From Bugula neritina (Eukaryota > Animalia > Bryozoa): 64,000 bases of DNA. Positions 39,801-53,295 of this stretch are shown here, one piece after another. The position numbers and the translations under genes are program-made. Each line of letters opens with the position of its first letter. Positions within the stretch are counted from its first letter, which is position 1. The DNA lies in the NCBI GenBank assembly GCA_964035545.1, contig OZ037767.1:14760998-14824997 (forward strand). Reading direction: 5' to 3'. A model generated the notes under the pieces. It saw only the letters and a list, made by a program, of their open reading frames with translations, had not been told where the DNA came from and did not search any database.

Positions 39801-42800
39801 GTGATTTTTTTTTAAATGTACAATGTTATGTATAAATTACAATCAGTTTATATATATATACATATCTTTTACTACTTAGTATTACAGTGTAAAAAGCATT
39901 TCAGGGTTAACAATTTAATTAATTGGCCCTAACAGTAATTATGTATAATACAGATTTGCAGATGCTTTAAATGAACCCAAAAAGCTGATGTTGTTAAACA
40001 GTGTACAAAATAGTCACCTCATATCAGCCAGACATGCTTAGTCATTACCTAGCATTAAAATCATATTATGAATGCAGTCAAGTTTTGATATGCATCCCTA
40101 TTATTGATAGTTTGTGAACCAGCAATTAAATATCAAGAAGCAATATTACTAACCAATGTGCTGGTTAAAGAGTTTCAAGTTGTAGTTATAGTATCAAACT
40201 ATTATAATGACATAAAAACTATCAGTTAAAACATCTTATTAATATTTACTACAGGAATACATATTATAGGTGTGCTAAAAATCTGGTAGAAGCATCAATT
40301 ATTTTCGATGTTTTGGATTTAGTATCTCTGTACTATAATGTAATATACAGAACATCAGGTGCTGTCTCCACAGTGCATTGATGGCACTAATGAATATTAA
40401 TACATGCAGGCAGTGTTGGTAATGATTTATTGAAATAGGAGTTTAAAAACTGTTTAAACAACAATGAAAAGCCTGAGATTAGTCCAAGGAGAGGGGTATT
40501 TCAAGCTAGCAGATGAGAAATATAGATGCGAAAGTCTTGCCTAAAAATCATTATTGTTATATCTAGTCATTAATTTCTTGCAATAGATCTATTTCACTAT
40601 TGAGAAGAACAAAATTAGCTAGTAAACACTGTAATAGAGTCAAGGCACTTTGGCAGTGCTAGTTTAAAATAAACCTGGGATAGTCGAATAGCAGAAGTAC
40701 TTTTTGATGCATAATATAATTATGTACAGCTTAAGATTTTGCAATACTGTGTTTTCAGTGCGATATTAATTTCAATAGCTACATTAAAATAATGTACAAT
40801 TCTAGCAAGTGATGCAAAATCTTCTAAGATGCTATGACTGTAGCAGTTTGCTACTAGTCTCAAGTAACAAACCAAATAGCCTTTCTTTGTGCCATCATCC
40901 AAATGCCAAACAAATAACTCATTCACTCTGTAACAACAAGGTGGTCTCCCAAGTAGATTGTTAGACATTTCAGGCATTAATAACCAAAAGCTTTTCACTT
41001 TGGCATAATTGTATAGTTACCCAGCTAAATAAATAATGTATTCATGGTATTGTAATTCCAAGCCATGCATTTATCTGTGAATGCAGCTAAGTATTTAATA
41101 CGGCCATATATTTATGTACTATGTAGCAATGCCTAATGTAGCTGTCAAGCTTCTACTTATACTCATTTTACTGATGCTTTACTTCTGATTACATGATTAC
41201 AAACATAGCAGTTCAAACAAAATTATTTTAGATAGGAATAAATATAATGCTCCTAGCAAATGTTGTAAAACTATTTTCCAAAAACATATACTTTGCAAAA
41301 AAACTTTTCAGAAAGTTATAATGCATTTATCATATTATTGTTTCATTTAAAAGTTATAATGATAGAATATTATACTTAAAACACACTCAAATTTTTAGAT
41401 TCTTGTAATATTGTTAAACAAGAGTAAACAGTAAGATTGGCTGTAGAGTAGAATGTTTAGCTGTTTGTACTGAAGCTAACAAGTAACTGGCATTAAAAAG
41501 AGATGTAGATAAAAAGTGACAGAATAACAACTGGCTTGTATATTGGTAGTGCAAAAAGCTGTATATAACAGTTTAAACAAATACCCATTAGAATAAATGG
41601 TAACCCAGTACTTAAAATGTGGTATGTCATAATACATATTTGTGGTGTATTGACTAGGCTAGATCAACACATAGCACTATATAATTGCTTTAGTATTTAC
41701 AATTAGTTTGTGGTCTGGTGGGATTTGTTGATAGCCATTGTCTCTATTAACATAACAGTTTCATAAAATTAGCAGTTTTCCTTATTCACCTAGTTAATTT
41801 TTAAGATTTATGTACAATATTTACATATTAGGATATAAAAAATATCTTCAACCAGTGAATATCAAAATAATGATTAAAGACATATTTTACGTCATATTTT
41901 TGTGGCAATCTAAATAATAAGCTGGTCTAAATTGTACTTGTGCAAACAGAACCAGCTCATGAATATATGTTGTCTTTTTTTAACTTGACAGTTAATCTAA
42001 TATGGATGTGTATTTTATACTTGCTTTTGTGTTTAAGGTGATAAAATTGCACTGGTAAGGTAAATAAACATTGCTTGTTTGGCATGCTTTTGCGTGGCAT
42101 TGCATATTATGCTAAACTAATGGCCAGTTTTGCAGTAGCTTCACCATAACCTTCAAAAGAATGCAAATATCATCTAATTATTGTAAGCTTTTTAAGTTAA
42201 TTTGTCTAGCTATAAACACATGTAAAACTATTAGGCTATTCCAATTTCACGATAAACATAGCTCTATAATTCTGAAAAAACTGCTAGGTAGAGTGGAAAT
42301 TAAACATGATCTATTCATTGCTAAAGTATTACAGCTATGAATAATATATATGTGATTACCTGAGTGATATCACAATCTTCACTTGCTAAGTTAGTTTAAA
42401 TACAGGAAAAAAAATTAATCTGGAGAAAGATTATATATGAGAAGCTGTTTTTGTAATAATTTCCTGCTCTAGGGTGATTTAGAAGAATTGTTTTAATGCA
42501 AAACTTTTGCATACATGAGTTGAATAAAATCATTGAGAGTTTTATGAAGGTCTATTTGTGTATAGGTAGCCCTAATGCATGTCACAACTCAAGTTTTTAT
42601 ATTTTATGTAATTTGTGGTGCAAAGTTGCAAATAAAAACCTTATTTTAATAATACTTAGACATATGCAAGCAATAAAGATAATGAAAAAAATGCTATAGT
42701 TGCTAATTAGCTAATATTACTTGCATATGATGCAAATATTTGTATGCATGCATGTTTAGTTTATTAGCATTGGTTAGATATAATTGAATATATAGATTTG

Positions 42801-44339
42801 ATGTGGAAATTGAAGAAAATCAATATGTTGTGTTCTATATACAACAACAGTTTTTACATTGGTTTGTTAATTACTTCATAAATCATTTATTACTTCATGC
42901 AATATTTGTTCCTGCAATTTTGCAGAGTGGCAAAATGCATTTCAAAGACATATATTAAGTGATTTTAATTATACTAGAATTTTCAAACCAAGAATTTTTG
43001 GGGAGTTTTCTTCTTCCTAAGACATATGTGGCAATTGAACACATAATAAGTTGTAGGCCACAACTCCTTTATACAACCTTGCAAGAAATTATGCAGCCAT
43101 TTAAATAGAAAAGGAATTATTGAATTTATTTATTCAACATTATTAGTATTTTATAAATATTTGTTGCATTTAATTAATGAGCATAAAATTTGTTTTACAA
43201 ATACTGTAATTAACAGCATGGTAAAAATATATTATATATACTGGTATATGTTTTGTATTGTATTAGATTTAGGCTACATTGCTAATTAAAATGAGTTAAT
43301 GGCTATGTTTAAATATCTTCGACTTATAGATTACATTTTTATGTGCTATAAAAATTTAACTCGTTTGTTACGACATTTCTCCATGCATAAAAGCAAAACT
43401 TACGGCAAAAAATCCTTAGCTAGAAAGATAAATAATAATTTACTTTAATTACATCAAAAGCTAATATCAGCAAGCATTCTATAAATAATGGGAATTTACC
43501 TAGCGTAATTTTTCTTAAACTAGCTAAGCTTGCTTGGTACTTTAATAAGTTTATTGGCATAGTGTATTATGTTATACTTATATATTTTTAAGACTTTAAG
43601 GAAAATGATGTTTTAGCTGCGTTATTCCTAATGCAAGCCTTATAAATTTACAATATATACTAAAATATTATATTTGTAATTAGAAAGAAAACAAATTACT
43701 TTCATAAACTTATAATTATTGCATTCTGTTATTGTTAATGCTAGAATAACAAATTGAACACAGCATATGCTTCCCTAACCAGATGCTTTTAAACGGATTA
43801 AAAATAATTTGTCAATTTCTAATTATGAGGAACAAACTCCTCGGTAGTTTCTACATTTGCGCATGATTTTATCAAGATAGGCTTGCTTTTGTGTCAACCT
43901 GTAGCCAGTGCAACTATACTTTATGTAACGAGTAAAACAGACTCATTTCAAAGTACACAGTCTAAAGGGTAGGAATTACTACAAAGAAAAGTGCCGGTTA
44001 AAAGTTAATTATAATTGGAAATAAGGTGAAATATCAGTCAGAAATTAAAAAGTGTCAACTAAAAAGGTGTATTGTTATTTCTTTTTGGCTTAATGAAAAT
44101 GTTTTTTGAGGAAGAAGTACGAGAAACATCTAGGAGGGGTTCATATCCACCACTGGCGACTACCTGTTTATTGATGAAGAACTATCCAATGATAGTACAG
44201 TATTATGGTCTTTTGCCTTATAATTGGCTTTGATTTTTTTATGTCTAATTACGAGATACTAAACAGATGCAAAGTATGTTGTGCATAGGCAGTTTTTTTA
44301 TGTCTCTAAACAACATTCTAGGAAAATATATACTGTCCA

Positions 44340-44566
44340 ATTTTAGGTAAAAGTGGCACAGTTAAAATCCGCACACTGGTGTTGAAATTTCCCCAAACCT
44401 CCAAACCCCCCATCCTGTACGCCCCAACTCGAATCTTCGATGCTAATATTGAAAATGTGCCATTTTTACCTAATTTTTAATTTGTGCCATTATTACCTGT
44501 GCCATTATTACCTGTGCCATTTTTACCTGTACCATTTTTACCTGTACCATTTTTACCGAACACCAC
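44340..44566. mobile_element. MITE with 15-bp subterminal tandem repeats (same family as 45906-46197, opposite orientation)
   Basis: (gtgccatttttacct)n arm and ggtaaaagtggcaca counterpart. Confidence 0.6.
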
Positions 44567-44807
44567 CTGTTCCACATTCCTTTTCAAAATACTTCTGGGC
44601 ATTTCTCTGAGCGTTTATTGGAGTTTTAATGGTATTTCTCTGAGCTACCTCTCAAAAAGAAAGAGCTAGATTCTTAACTTGACATGTGACCCATTGCAGC
44701 GCTTTGTTGAAAAGTTTTTAGAAGAATTACAGGAGGATTTCATTGAGTTGGTTCACAATTCAGCAATGAAGCATGATTTGAAATCTTCTCCAGTTGATGT
44801 ATTGTGG

Positions 44808-45894
44808 GGGGACGGAGCAATAGTCCAAAGGTGCATTAGTCCGAAAATTAGTAGAATTATTATTAGAATTAAAATTATTTATTGAACATTTCAAAATAGT
44901 TGCTCTGAGCAACAGGAAAATCTACAACATGGTTTTCAAATTTTAGTTTAGGTGAGGTTTTATTTGGCAGACCTGAACTCTTATAAACTAATAATGTTGC
45001 CCTCATCTACATATCTTGTGAGGTTGTTTAGTTTGGTGTGCAGCTTTAGTTAGTTAATTTTAGAGTAGCATGCAAGATGTTTATTATTTTTGTAATGCTT
45101 GTATTTACTGATATTAAGAATAATAGCATAGAATAATGCAGTTTAGCAGCTTACAGATAATTTTAGAGATTAAATAATGTGATATCAAATAACTAACTGC
45201 CAAGCCAGAAATTTACTATATTTCATTCAATACCAATAATTTTTTGACGCCAACTTCAAATGCAAACTACTTTTTATAAAATATGAGGTAAACTTTTACC
45301 TAGTTTATCATAAATACAGTACAGTAGACCCAAAATGTTTGCTTGGCTTTAATATTTTTTACTTTAGTTTTTCAGTTAATAGTCAACATATGAACGGCCC
45401 CCTTATATAAGCTGGCTGACTGTAGCTAGAATAGAATATCAGTCACTATAGCCATTGAACTGGCTATTTTGAGCTCATTGCCTATAGCTGTCATAAAAAT
45501 ACTTATCATATCACCCTTGCACAACACTTCATATACTTCAGTGAACACTTGGAGATGAGGAGATACTAACGCATAGATTACTAATTACAGGCTTGCTAGC
45601 TGACAGGCTAGTGAATAGCTTGCTGTGTACTTAGTTTATGGAGCAGCCACAATGAAATGTTGATAGATGATGCAGTCCTTAATTGAGGCAGCATCATAAG
45701 GTAATCTCAGGCTAAAAAATTACAAGTAGGCCACATGCATGCCACCCACAGCTAGCAATAATATGGCAAGTTTGTGAGTGAAGTTTATGATATTCTCAGT
45801 GATATAATACTATATCTACTAATTTTCGGACCAATGCACCTTCGGAATAATGGACCTTCGAAGCAATGGGCCTTCAGAATATTGACTAGTCACC
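44808..45894. mobile_element. MULE-like non-autonomous element
   Basis: Exact 9-bp TSD GTATTGTGG (44799-44807, 45895-45903). Inverted ends aaggtgcattagtccgaaaattagtaga / tctactaattttcggaccaatgcacctt. Confidence 0.8.
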
Positions 45895-45905
45895 GTATTG
45901 TGGGT

Positions 45906-46197
45906 GGTATCCAGTAGAAATGGTACAGGTAATAATGGCACAAATGGAAAAGTATAGGTAAAATAGCACATGTTTTCCAATATGGGGGGGGGTTTGGAGT
46001 TTGAAAGAGGGGTTTGAGCTGAGGATTTTGGTTTTGTACTTGTGGTTATGGAGTTTGGAGGTGGGGGTTTGAGTTGGGGGTGGGGTTTGGGGTTTGAGTT
46101 TGGAAAAATTTAACATAAGAGTGCCATTTGTACCTACTTTTATATTTGTGCCATTATTACCTGTGCCATTTTACATGTGCCATTTTAACCTAAAATC
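45906..46197. mobile_element. MULE-like MITE with subterminal 15-bp repeats and GGTTTG-rich core
   Basis: ggtaataatggcaca / tgtgccattattacc arms. Flanks attgtgggt / attctgagt (7 of 9). Confidence 0.7.
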
Positions 46198-46776
46198 ATT
46201 CTGAGTTTCAACAAGCAAACTCGTCCCACACATAGCTGACAAAGCAGAGTTTTGGTGCCATCCAGCACCACATATTTGCAGTATGAGGTAAGATTCTCAT
46301 TTATTCAAAAAGAAGAGAAACTGCCTTAACCTGCAGAGTGACTTAAGATGAGCCTAGTAAAAAAACAGAGCCAGGTTTAAGCAAGCTGGCACAAAAGCAT
46401 CAAATGAAGCCATAACATCAATAATTGAACTGCTCTGTGTTGTACAACATTAAAATAACAATAATAGGTACTACTATTATGATAATTATAATATATGCAA
46501 ATATAATAGAACAAAGTATATTGCATTGTATCATATATTCTAATTCACTAAGTCATAAAATCTTTTGCTTTTCAAAGGGGGAAATTAATAGTCAACCTTT
46601 ATGGAAGGGGGGAATAGTACGAAAAAGGTTGGGAACCACTTTTCTAGTAAATTTTGGTAAATATGCTTCAGTGCACATTTCTTTAAATCTAAATATTTTA
46701 AGGCAAACAAAACTAAAAGTTTATAATTTGCCAACAAATGTCAAGTTTCAACCAATTAAGCATAGACTTTCACTAC

Positions 46777-49700
46777 CTGTCTGGAAGTTTTGTCTGTCGG
46801 CATTCTCTCAGATTACGGACTTTAAAAGTTGTCAGTTGAGTCACAACTTCTGGAAGTCCTGCAAAGAAGAAACTCTCTTCTAAATCAAGGTGTTCCAGGT
46901 TTTTGAGAGATTTCAAGCTGCAAATAAATTTATAGGCTTATGAATGAATTAGGTATCACATGTATTTTATATTAAAGCAGAATTAAAGATATTAAGCATA
47001 CTGATTCTGATATGCCAAAGAGCAGTAGAGGGAATCATTATATTTAACGTAGTATCTTTTATTTAATGAATACTCAGACACCATTAGTCTAACAAATATT
47101 TTATAATTCATTGTAATTATAAACAATTAACTTATATTAATATTGTTGTGAATTTACCCTTCACTGTTTATTATCAGGTCTATTTAGGCAAAGCTATTAC
47201 GCCAGGTTTGCGATTGCTAACACTTTTTTCTACTTATTTAACACACTAAATAAAACTGTACAATATCAAAACACGTTACATAATCGGGGAGAGAAATATA
47301 CGCCACTTTACAATATTAATTCCCAACGCTAGTCAGCACGCTAACTACTGGCGCAAGTTATTCCGTTCCTCCCCCTTAGCTGATTGGCTAGCGTGACTGC
47401 TATAATTAACTAGTCCTGCCTTTGTTCACAGCGTACGTTAGTAGCATAGTAATTACTGTCAGGCCGAGTATAGGAGAGACGCTACGCATTACGGTTGTCA
47501 GCTATCACGTTAATTGATCTGCTGCAAATGCAGACATCACGTCATGATGCGTATAGGAGATAAGCAACAAGGAGTTGTCCTTTCGATATATAGCAATCCA
47601 AAATCTCTACAATATGACCACAAAACTAGAGAATTATTTGCAATAAGGCCAGCAAACTATTTAACATAGCTAAAGGGTGAGGCAGAAAGAAGTTTGATTA
47701 ATTTTTATGAATAACATTTGAGTGTTTATCTTTGTATCCTAATTTTAGTCATTCAGGTGTTACTCTAATTTTCTTGAACTCTTCACCTACCTCTGTTTAC
47801 TAAAGGCTCTAATGCACCTTATCTTTAAAGAACTTAGTCTAAAAGTTTATCCGGGTAATTCATAGCGGAATCAGTATTTTAATCAACTTATTCTTTAAAT
47901 GAGAGAAAGCAATTTATGTTTAGCTAACAAATACCAAGTTATAAAAGAGCAAACTTTGACTTGAACTACCTGTCTGGAAGTTTTGTCAGTTGGCATTTTC
48001 TCAGATTAAGGAATTTAAGAAATGTAAGTTGAGTCACAACTTCTGGAAGTTCCTCAGAAAAGAAGGTATCTTCTAATTTTAGGCTGTTAAGGTTTGAAAG
48101 AGCTTTCAAGCTGCAACAAAGTTTGCAAGTATTTTTTTTATTTCTGTAAAGCAAACAGAGACTTACAAACCTAAGGGCTCTAAAGGTTTAAAGATGTAAC
48201 AAATTCAACACATTCTGGTAATCAAAGTAAATGACACGAGTTATTAAGTGAGCTTCTATAAAAGCAATAGAAGCATTATCGATTGAACAGAAGTATTTAG
48301 TATTTCTAAGAAATACTAAATATGAGCACTTCTTCTGAAGTCTGCAAAACTTTTTGAATTTTAATTCTTTTAGTGCTTGTATCAAGAAAAATATCAAGTT
48401 TATTACTTATATTGTGGTGGCTCGTGGAGCTACCATCGTAATAACGGGAATGTTATCCCCCTCTGAGTGCAGCACGGGGTCACTAAGTATGACCCGGGAC
48501 AGCAACCCACCAATAAGAATCATTGACAGTTATTAGTAGTTGCAACTTCCCCGCGTGAAAGTTAGTTAGGACTGGTCTGGTGAACTGTATAGACTGTATC
48601 GAATAGCTGTATGTATTCTGGTAAATGTAGTTTTTGTTTGATATATCATTGTGTAAAATATATTATAATTAACTCGAATCTCACTGGCGAAGTTGATCTA
48701 GCATACTGAATAGAGAGTCACCTGATTGCACACTAACCCACAGTATAAAAATACAACAATATTACACCGTAGTCAAAATGTGAAAACTTATTTCCAACAA
48801 GTAAACTAAATAACCCGATGCCAGGAAATGCACTCAAAGTTTTGTATCTTTGACTTACTACAGGCAGACATGCAAGGATAGCAAAAAAGGCTAGGTAGCA
48901 GATTTTCTAGAAGACTTTTCGGATCACATTCCGTGGGAGTTTATCATGTGTGTGGCTTTTTAAAGTTTTATTCAGAGATACCTGTGACTAAATCTATAGT
49001 CGAGTACGTACATGAAGTATTCTGAACCTAAAATCTTTAAATATATGAAAAGATGGAGACTTTATTTAGCTTTTAGTTTGGGACCACAAACTTTTTTTAT
49101 GCAAAGCAAAATGTAAAATAATTGCCCCCACTGGGATTCGAACCTTCAGCTTCGCTTAGCGATCCCAAACAACATTTTACCCAGTTCTCTCCAGAACTGC
49201 ACTGGCCTCCACGTACTCTGTCAGTTTATGGGCTCCACTCACTATTCAACTGCTTAAGAGTACTTCCACAAGACAAGGCCAAAATAGCTTGTAAAATAAT
49301 GGCCCTCACCGGGATTCACACTACAGACCTCCAGCTTGCAACGGCTAACTACTTACCTACAGGAGCTTCGGGTTTCAAAACAAAACAAAAGTGTTATCCT
49401 AATATTATTTTTCATTATTTGCTGAGCTATTTTGTTTTTGAATTAGATCTTGCATGTTTACTCACCACAATGGTAGATCCATCATTCCACAGTTTGTTAG
49501 CTGTAACTCCTTCAACGAAGTGCAGTTGGATATTTCATCTAACATCTCTCCGGCTACTAGTTTGTCTGATAATATCAAAACTTCCAAGTGTTTTAGGTTG
49601 GAGATCCTGGAACATAAAAATACTTCCTTTTTACACTTTAGAATGTATATCAAGTATGAAAAGATGAATAAATATGGCAAAATGACTTCAATGAAGCTGA

Positions 49701-49963
49701 TAGGGGAATACATACCTGCAATGATCAAAATATCGCAACCCTGTGTACCCAGTTAGATTCAAATGCGTGAGGTAAGGAGCTAGCACAACTAATGGAGGTA
49801 TCTTATCAATTAAATGAAGTTCCATATGAGTAATGTGGTTGTCTCCAACGCCATCTATTATCTGTTTGTAGTCAGTTATAGGAATGAGATTTTTACTAGT
49901 CAACTCTTGCAAAGATTCTATTGGAGGTTCACCAGAATGTCTGTATGCAACTTTATATACAAC
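46777..49963 (-). CDS. Second set of Roco 5' exons (A' 49963-49716, B' 49606-49466, C' 48110-47970, D' 46917-46777): partial paralog or alternative cassette block
   Basis: Clear homology to exons A-D. All exons are open and ag/gt bounded; B', C' and D' are 141 nt, phase 2-2. A' is 4 nt longer than A. No ROC exon follows. Confidence 0.78.
47144..47611. mobile_element. Probable solo LTR
   Basis: TG...CA ends (tgttgtgaatt / aatctctaca), 4-bp TSD ATAT, GC-richer than flanks. Confidence 0.6.
48413..48758. mobile_element. Probable solo LTR
   Basis: TGTGGT...ACAACA ends, 4-bp TSD ATAT (48409-48412, 48759-48762). Confidence 0.65.
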
Positions 49964-51194
49964 CTGCAAAATACTGAGTATGATAAAACTGATTATTGTA
50001 TTACTGCATTATTATTCTTATATTTTTCAAGTAAACAATACAGTTAGTATGTTGTAGGTGTGCGATCAAACTCCGCAAAACTAAGTAAACAAGAATATTT
50101 AAAGATTCTATATTTCAGTACCAGCTTTAATTATTTTAGAGGTGCCTAAAATTAAAACTCATTATATGAGAGAGCTTTATCTTGAAAAGTCAGTTGACAT
50201 TTGTTATGATACATTTTGTACTATTATAAATTCTTTCTATAGAATTTAGTGTATCTGCTTGTTAAATCTACATGCAACTAAATAAGTAGGCTAGGAAAAA
50301 GTCACCATGGTGCTAGAAAATACATTTTTTCTGCCTGAATGTGCATTAACAGAGTAAGACCTTTGGGTGAAATAATTGAGCTTTCGTGATGGAAAGTTTA
50401 GTGTGTGTCATATAAAACTGCTATTGTTGTTGGATAACAAAACGTTTAGTTATAATTGAGGTATCGCACACTTCCATATGGTGACAGTGATTGTAAATCA
50501 CACACTTACTTAGTTGCAGCGGTCTGTTGGAAGATTTAGAGTATTTGTGTCCCATTTTATAGAGCGAAATATCTTTCTGCAATAAATTTACACCAAAGAC
50601 TGTGAGCTGGTGAAGAACTCATAGAATTGATTAAAAACATATCATACTTGTACAACTGAAGGCTACTCCTAATCTGTATCAATCTTGAAGTAGTCATGCA
50701 TTTTGTTCAGCAGAACCATGATCATCATAATTCCTCAATAAATACATCCACCAAACAGAAATTATGTATAAAATTACAGAAATAGAAAATGAGGGAAGTA
50801 AAGCCAAAGTGATACTGTAGTAACTTGTGGGTTTTGAATAAACCAGACAGAGAACATAACTCTTTGTGTGTAGTGAGAGATAAGAGAATCTTGTGTAGTG
50901 TGAGTAAAGTGGTATTTATTGTACTGTAAATAGATCCTTCCTATAAGAGCTCCAGTCTTCAACTGATTTACTGTTGGAACTCACCTCCCTATATACTAAC
51001 ACAAAGGTCTATTCTAGAAGATTCCACCGATTGTCGGCGAAGTTCGGAATGACTGACAATCCGAACTTGCGACTGTTTTATGCAAACAAAACAAAAAAAG
51101 AAAGGCAAGCAGTCGTAAATTATGAGAGTGAGAATAAAGATAAAAATAAGATAAATGAGGGAGTAACTCTGAAAACCATTACAATACCTTATAT

Positions 51195-53295
51195 CAGGGA
51201 TGGGCAAATGTTTTCGAAATAGGGCCAGATCTCAAGATTTAAGGCGTAAGAAGGGCCAGGTTTGTTCGTTGTAAATTCAAGGTATAAGGGTAACAGGGGG
51301 GGGGGGGGAGGCCACAACGAGCCGAATTTTGAATTTTTCGCTCTTATTTGTCTGTTTTTCAAGTTACTAGTTCAATAATTTCTAGTATAAATGCCGCATC
51401 TGTTGTCTGTTATAGGTATCAGTTGGTTGTTTCTATCTCTTTCACAACTTTCAGAATAAGGAAATTTTCATGTCAAAAAAATGGCCCATTGTGCCCGGTA
51501 CCAGGGTACAATGGACCACTGGGTGGGACACAACAAATATATTGAAACTTTGCTGATTTGGTTGCATCTGATCTTTATTTTTTTAATATTAAAAATAAAT
51601 AAAAATATTCTTTCAGATCTATAGCAAAAATCATGTTTTAGCTGTACAGTTTTTGCCACCACGGATAGCAGGGGAGACAAAGTCAAACGTACATCACTCA
51701 TTATCATTACTGTTTAGAAATAAAAATGTTTTTTTCTATTTCCACTTCACAGGAACTTTCATTAGAAAAGATTTCAGTAACATGTACTACAAAATTCCGA
51801 GTGGACTTTTTTCTATGAACTGTAGCTAAGGTGCATGGCTGAGGTTTGTGACTAAAGCACAGAAAGGGAGGGTAGGAAATGAGCAAATCGCAATTTATTT
51901 TAGTCAAATACATGTATATTCCCTCAATGATATAATGTATAATGAATATCATGACTATCCACTATAGTAGCAACAGCAGAGTGTTTTGTATTATGTATCA
52001 AATGACAAAGCTATAACCTCACCAGATGTATATATTAGGGGAGCTTCACCTTGTAGTTTGGTAGTCTTACCATGATATCTTTTGATATTTTACAAAAAGG
52101 TCAGAAATGGTTATATCTATAGATTTTAGTAACATTTCATCTAACTCTTTGGGCAAACAAATTAATAACAGTGATCAGGGTGCAATGATCAGGTGGCCCA
52201 TTGTGCCCCATGTGGCCAAGTTGAAAATAAATATGGCTAAAGGAAAATTTATTTTAGAGTTTGCTGTTATACTAGATAAGCAATGTAGAGAAAATTAATG
52301 GCAACAATATCAGTAAAATCTAGGCTTGTTACCTTTCAGTGTAAAAAGTTATAAAGCTTTAACGACATCTTCAAAAATTTACAAAAAAGTAAGTAAAAAC
52401 AGTTTTTGACTTGCCTCTTCAACATGTATCCTCCGCAAGTGTTGAAACTACAAGGGCTGAATAATTATGTCAATACCTTTTTATTAAAAAAAACTGCAAC
52501 TCTAAGTTAATAAGTTCTCTCACAATTTGGCCAGCTTTTCGTACCCCTATGACTGTTGTGCTCCCCCCCTTACCCCTACAATGCTGCATTACTAAGTGCA
52601 TATATAAATTGCTTTTTTCCAGTTTCCTGGGCTGAAAGTAGCTTGTAGATGCAGAATACAAAAGATATGACAGTTTATTAATTTAACAACAAGTTGTATA
52701 TAGTTTCCTAAGCAAGAAAGCAGCAAATAATATATTGGGTACACTTATAGTACTGGAATTAGTGAGAAGTATGAAAAACACTTTTGTTAGCCATAATAGC
52801 ACTAATGTCACTGCTAGTAATGGGTTCATGTGTGGCTACTCGAAGCAAATCTTGCAGATGCCCATTGGTGAGCGTGTTCTATTACTATTTTTATATGGTT
52901 CATGCTAGAAAACATGCATTCAAATTTATAAGTATAACCAAATATGCTCAGTACTCTTAGTCCCAGTTTAGTTATTGAAGGGTACTTCTCACTGGTTACT
53001 GGTGAAGTGTAAAAGCTATATGTTGTTGTTGCAGCAGCAAAGTGATAAATTGATCTGCTGCAGCATGGATATCACATAACTCAAATTGTAATACTGCTAT
53101 AATTGTGCTCACTGAAGCGTGATCATTAGTTACAGCAGCTATGCATTGGCCAGAATCTTCTCATGAGTTATGTTCATGATTGGACAGTGTTGCTTAGTAC
53201 ATACATTATTAGAATTGCTAGTGATTGGCTGAGGGCCTGATTAAAACAGTAGAAGGGCCTGATGTGGCCCGCGGGCCGCCATTTGCCCATCCCTG
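51195..53295. mobile_element. hAT-type non-autonomous element with a nested insert
   Basis: Perfect 16-bp TIR CAGGGATGGGCAAATG / CATTTGCCCATCCCTG and ggcccgcgggcc subterminal motif. Flanking 8-mers do not match. Confidence 0.8.

Larger units (their letters stand above)
23307..46641 (+). mobile_element. Buster/Charlie-type hAT element inflated to 23.3 kb
   Basis: TIRs CAGTGGTTCTCAACCT / AGGTTGGGAACCACTT. Exact 8-bp TSD TTCTAGTA at 23299-23306 and 46642-46649. Decayed transposase pieces: VFPNDSM (about 23780), DPLQRF..LQEDFIEL..LW (44690-44806), VLVPSSTTYL..KKRNCLNLQSDLR (46250-46350). Confidence 0.8.

Noticed and set aside
46425-46883. 152-aa + strand ORF
   Set aside because: Crosses the hAT right TIR and is antisense to LRR exon D'; no coherent protein signal.
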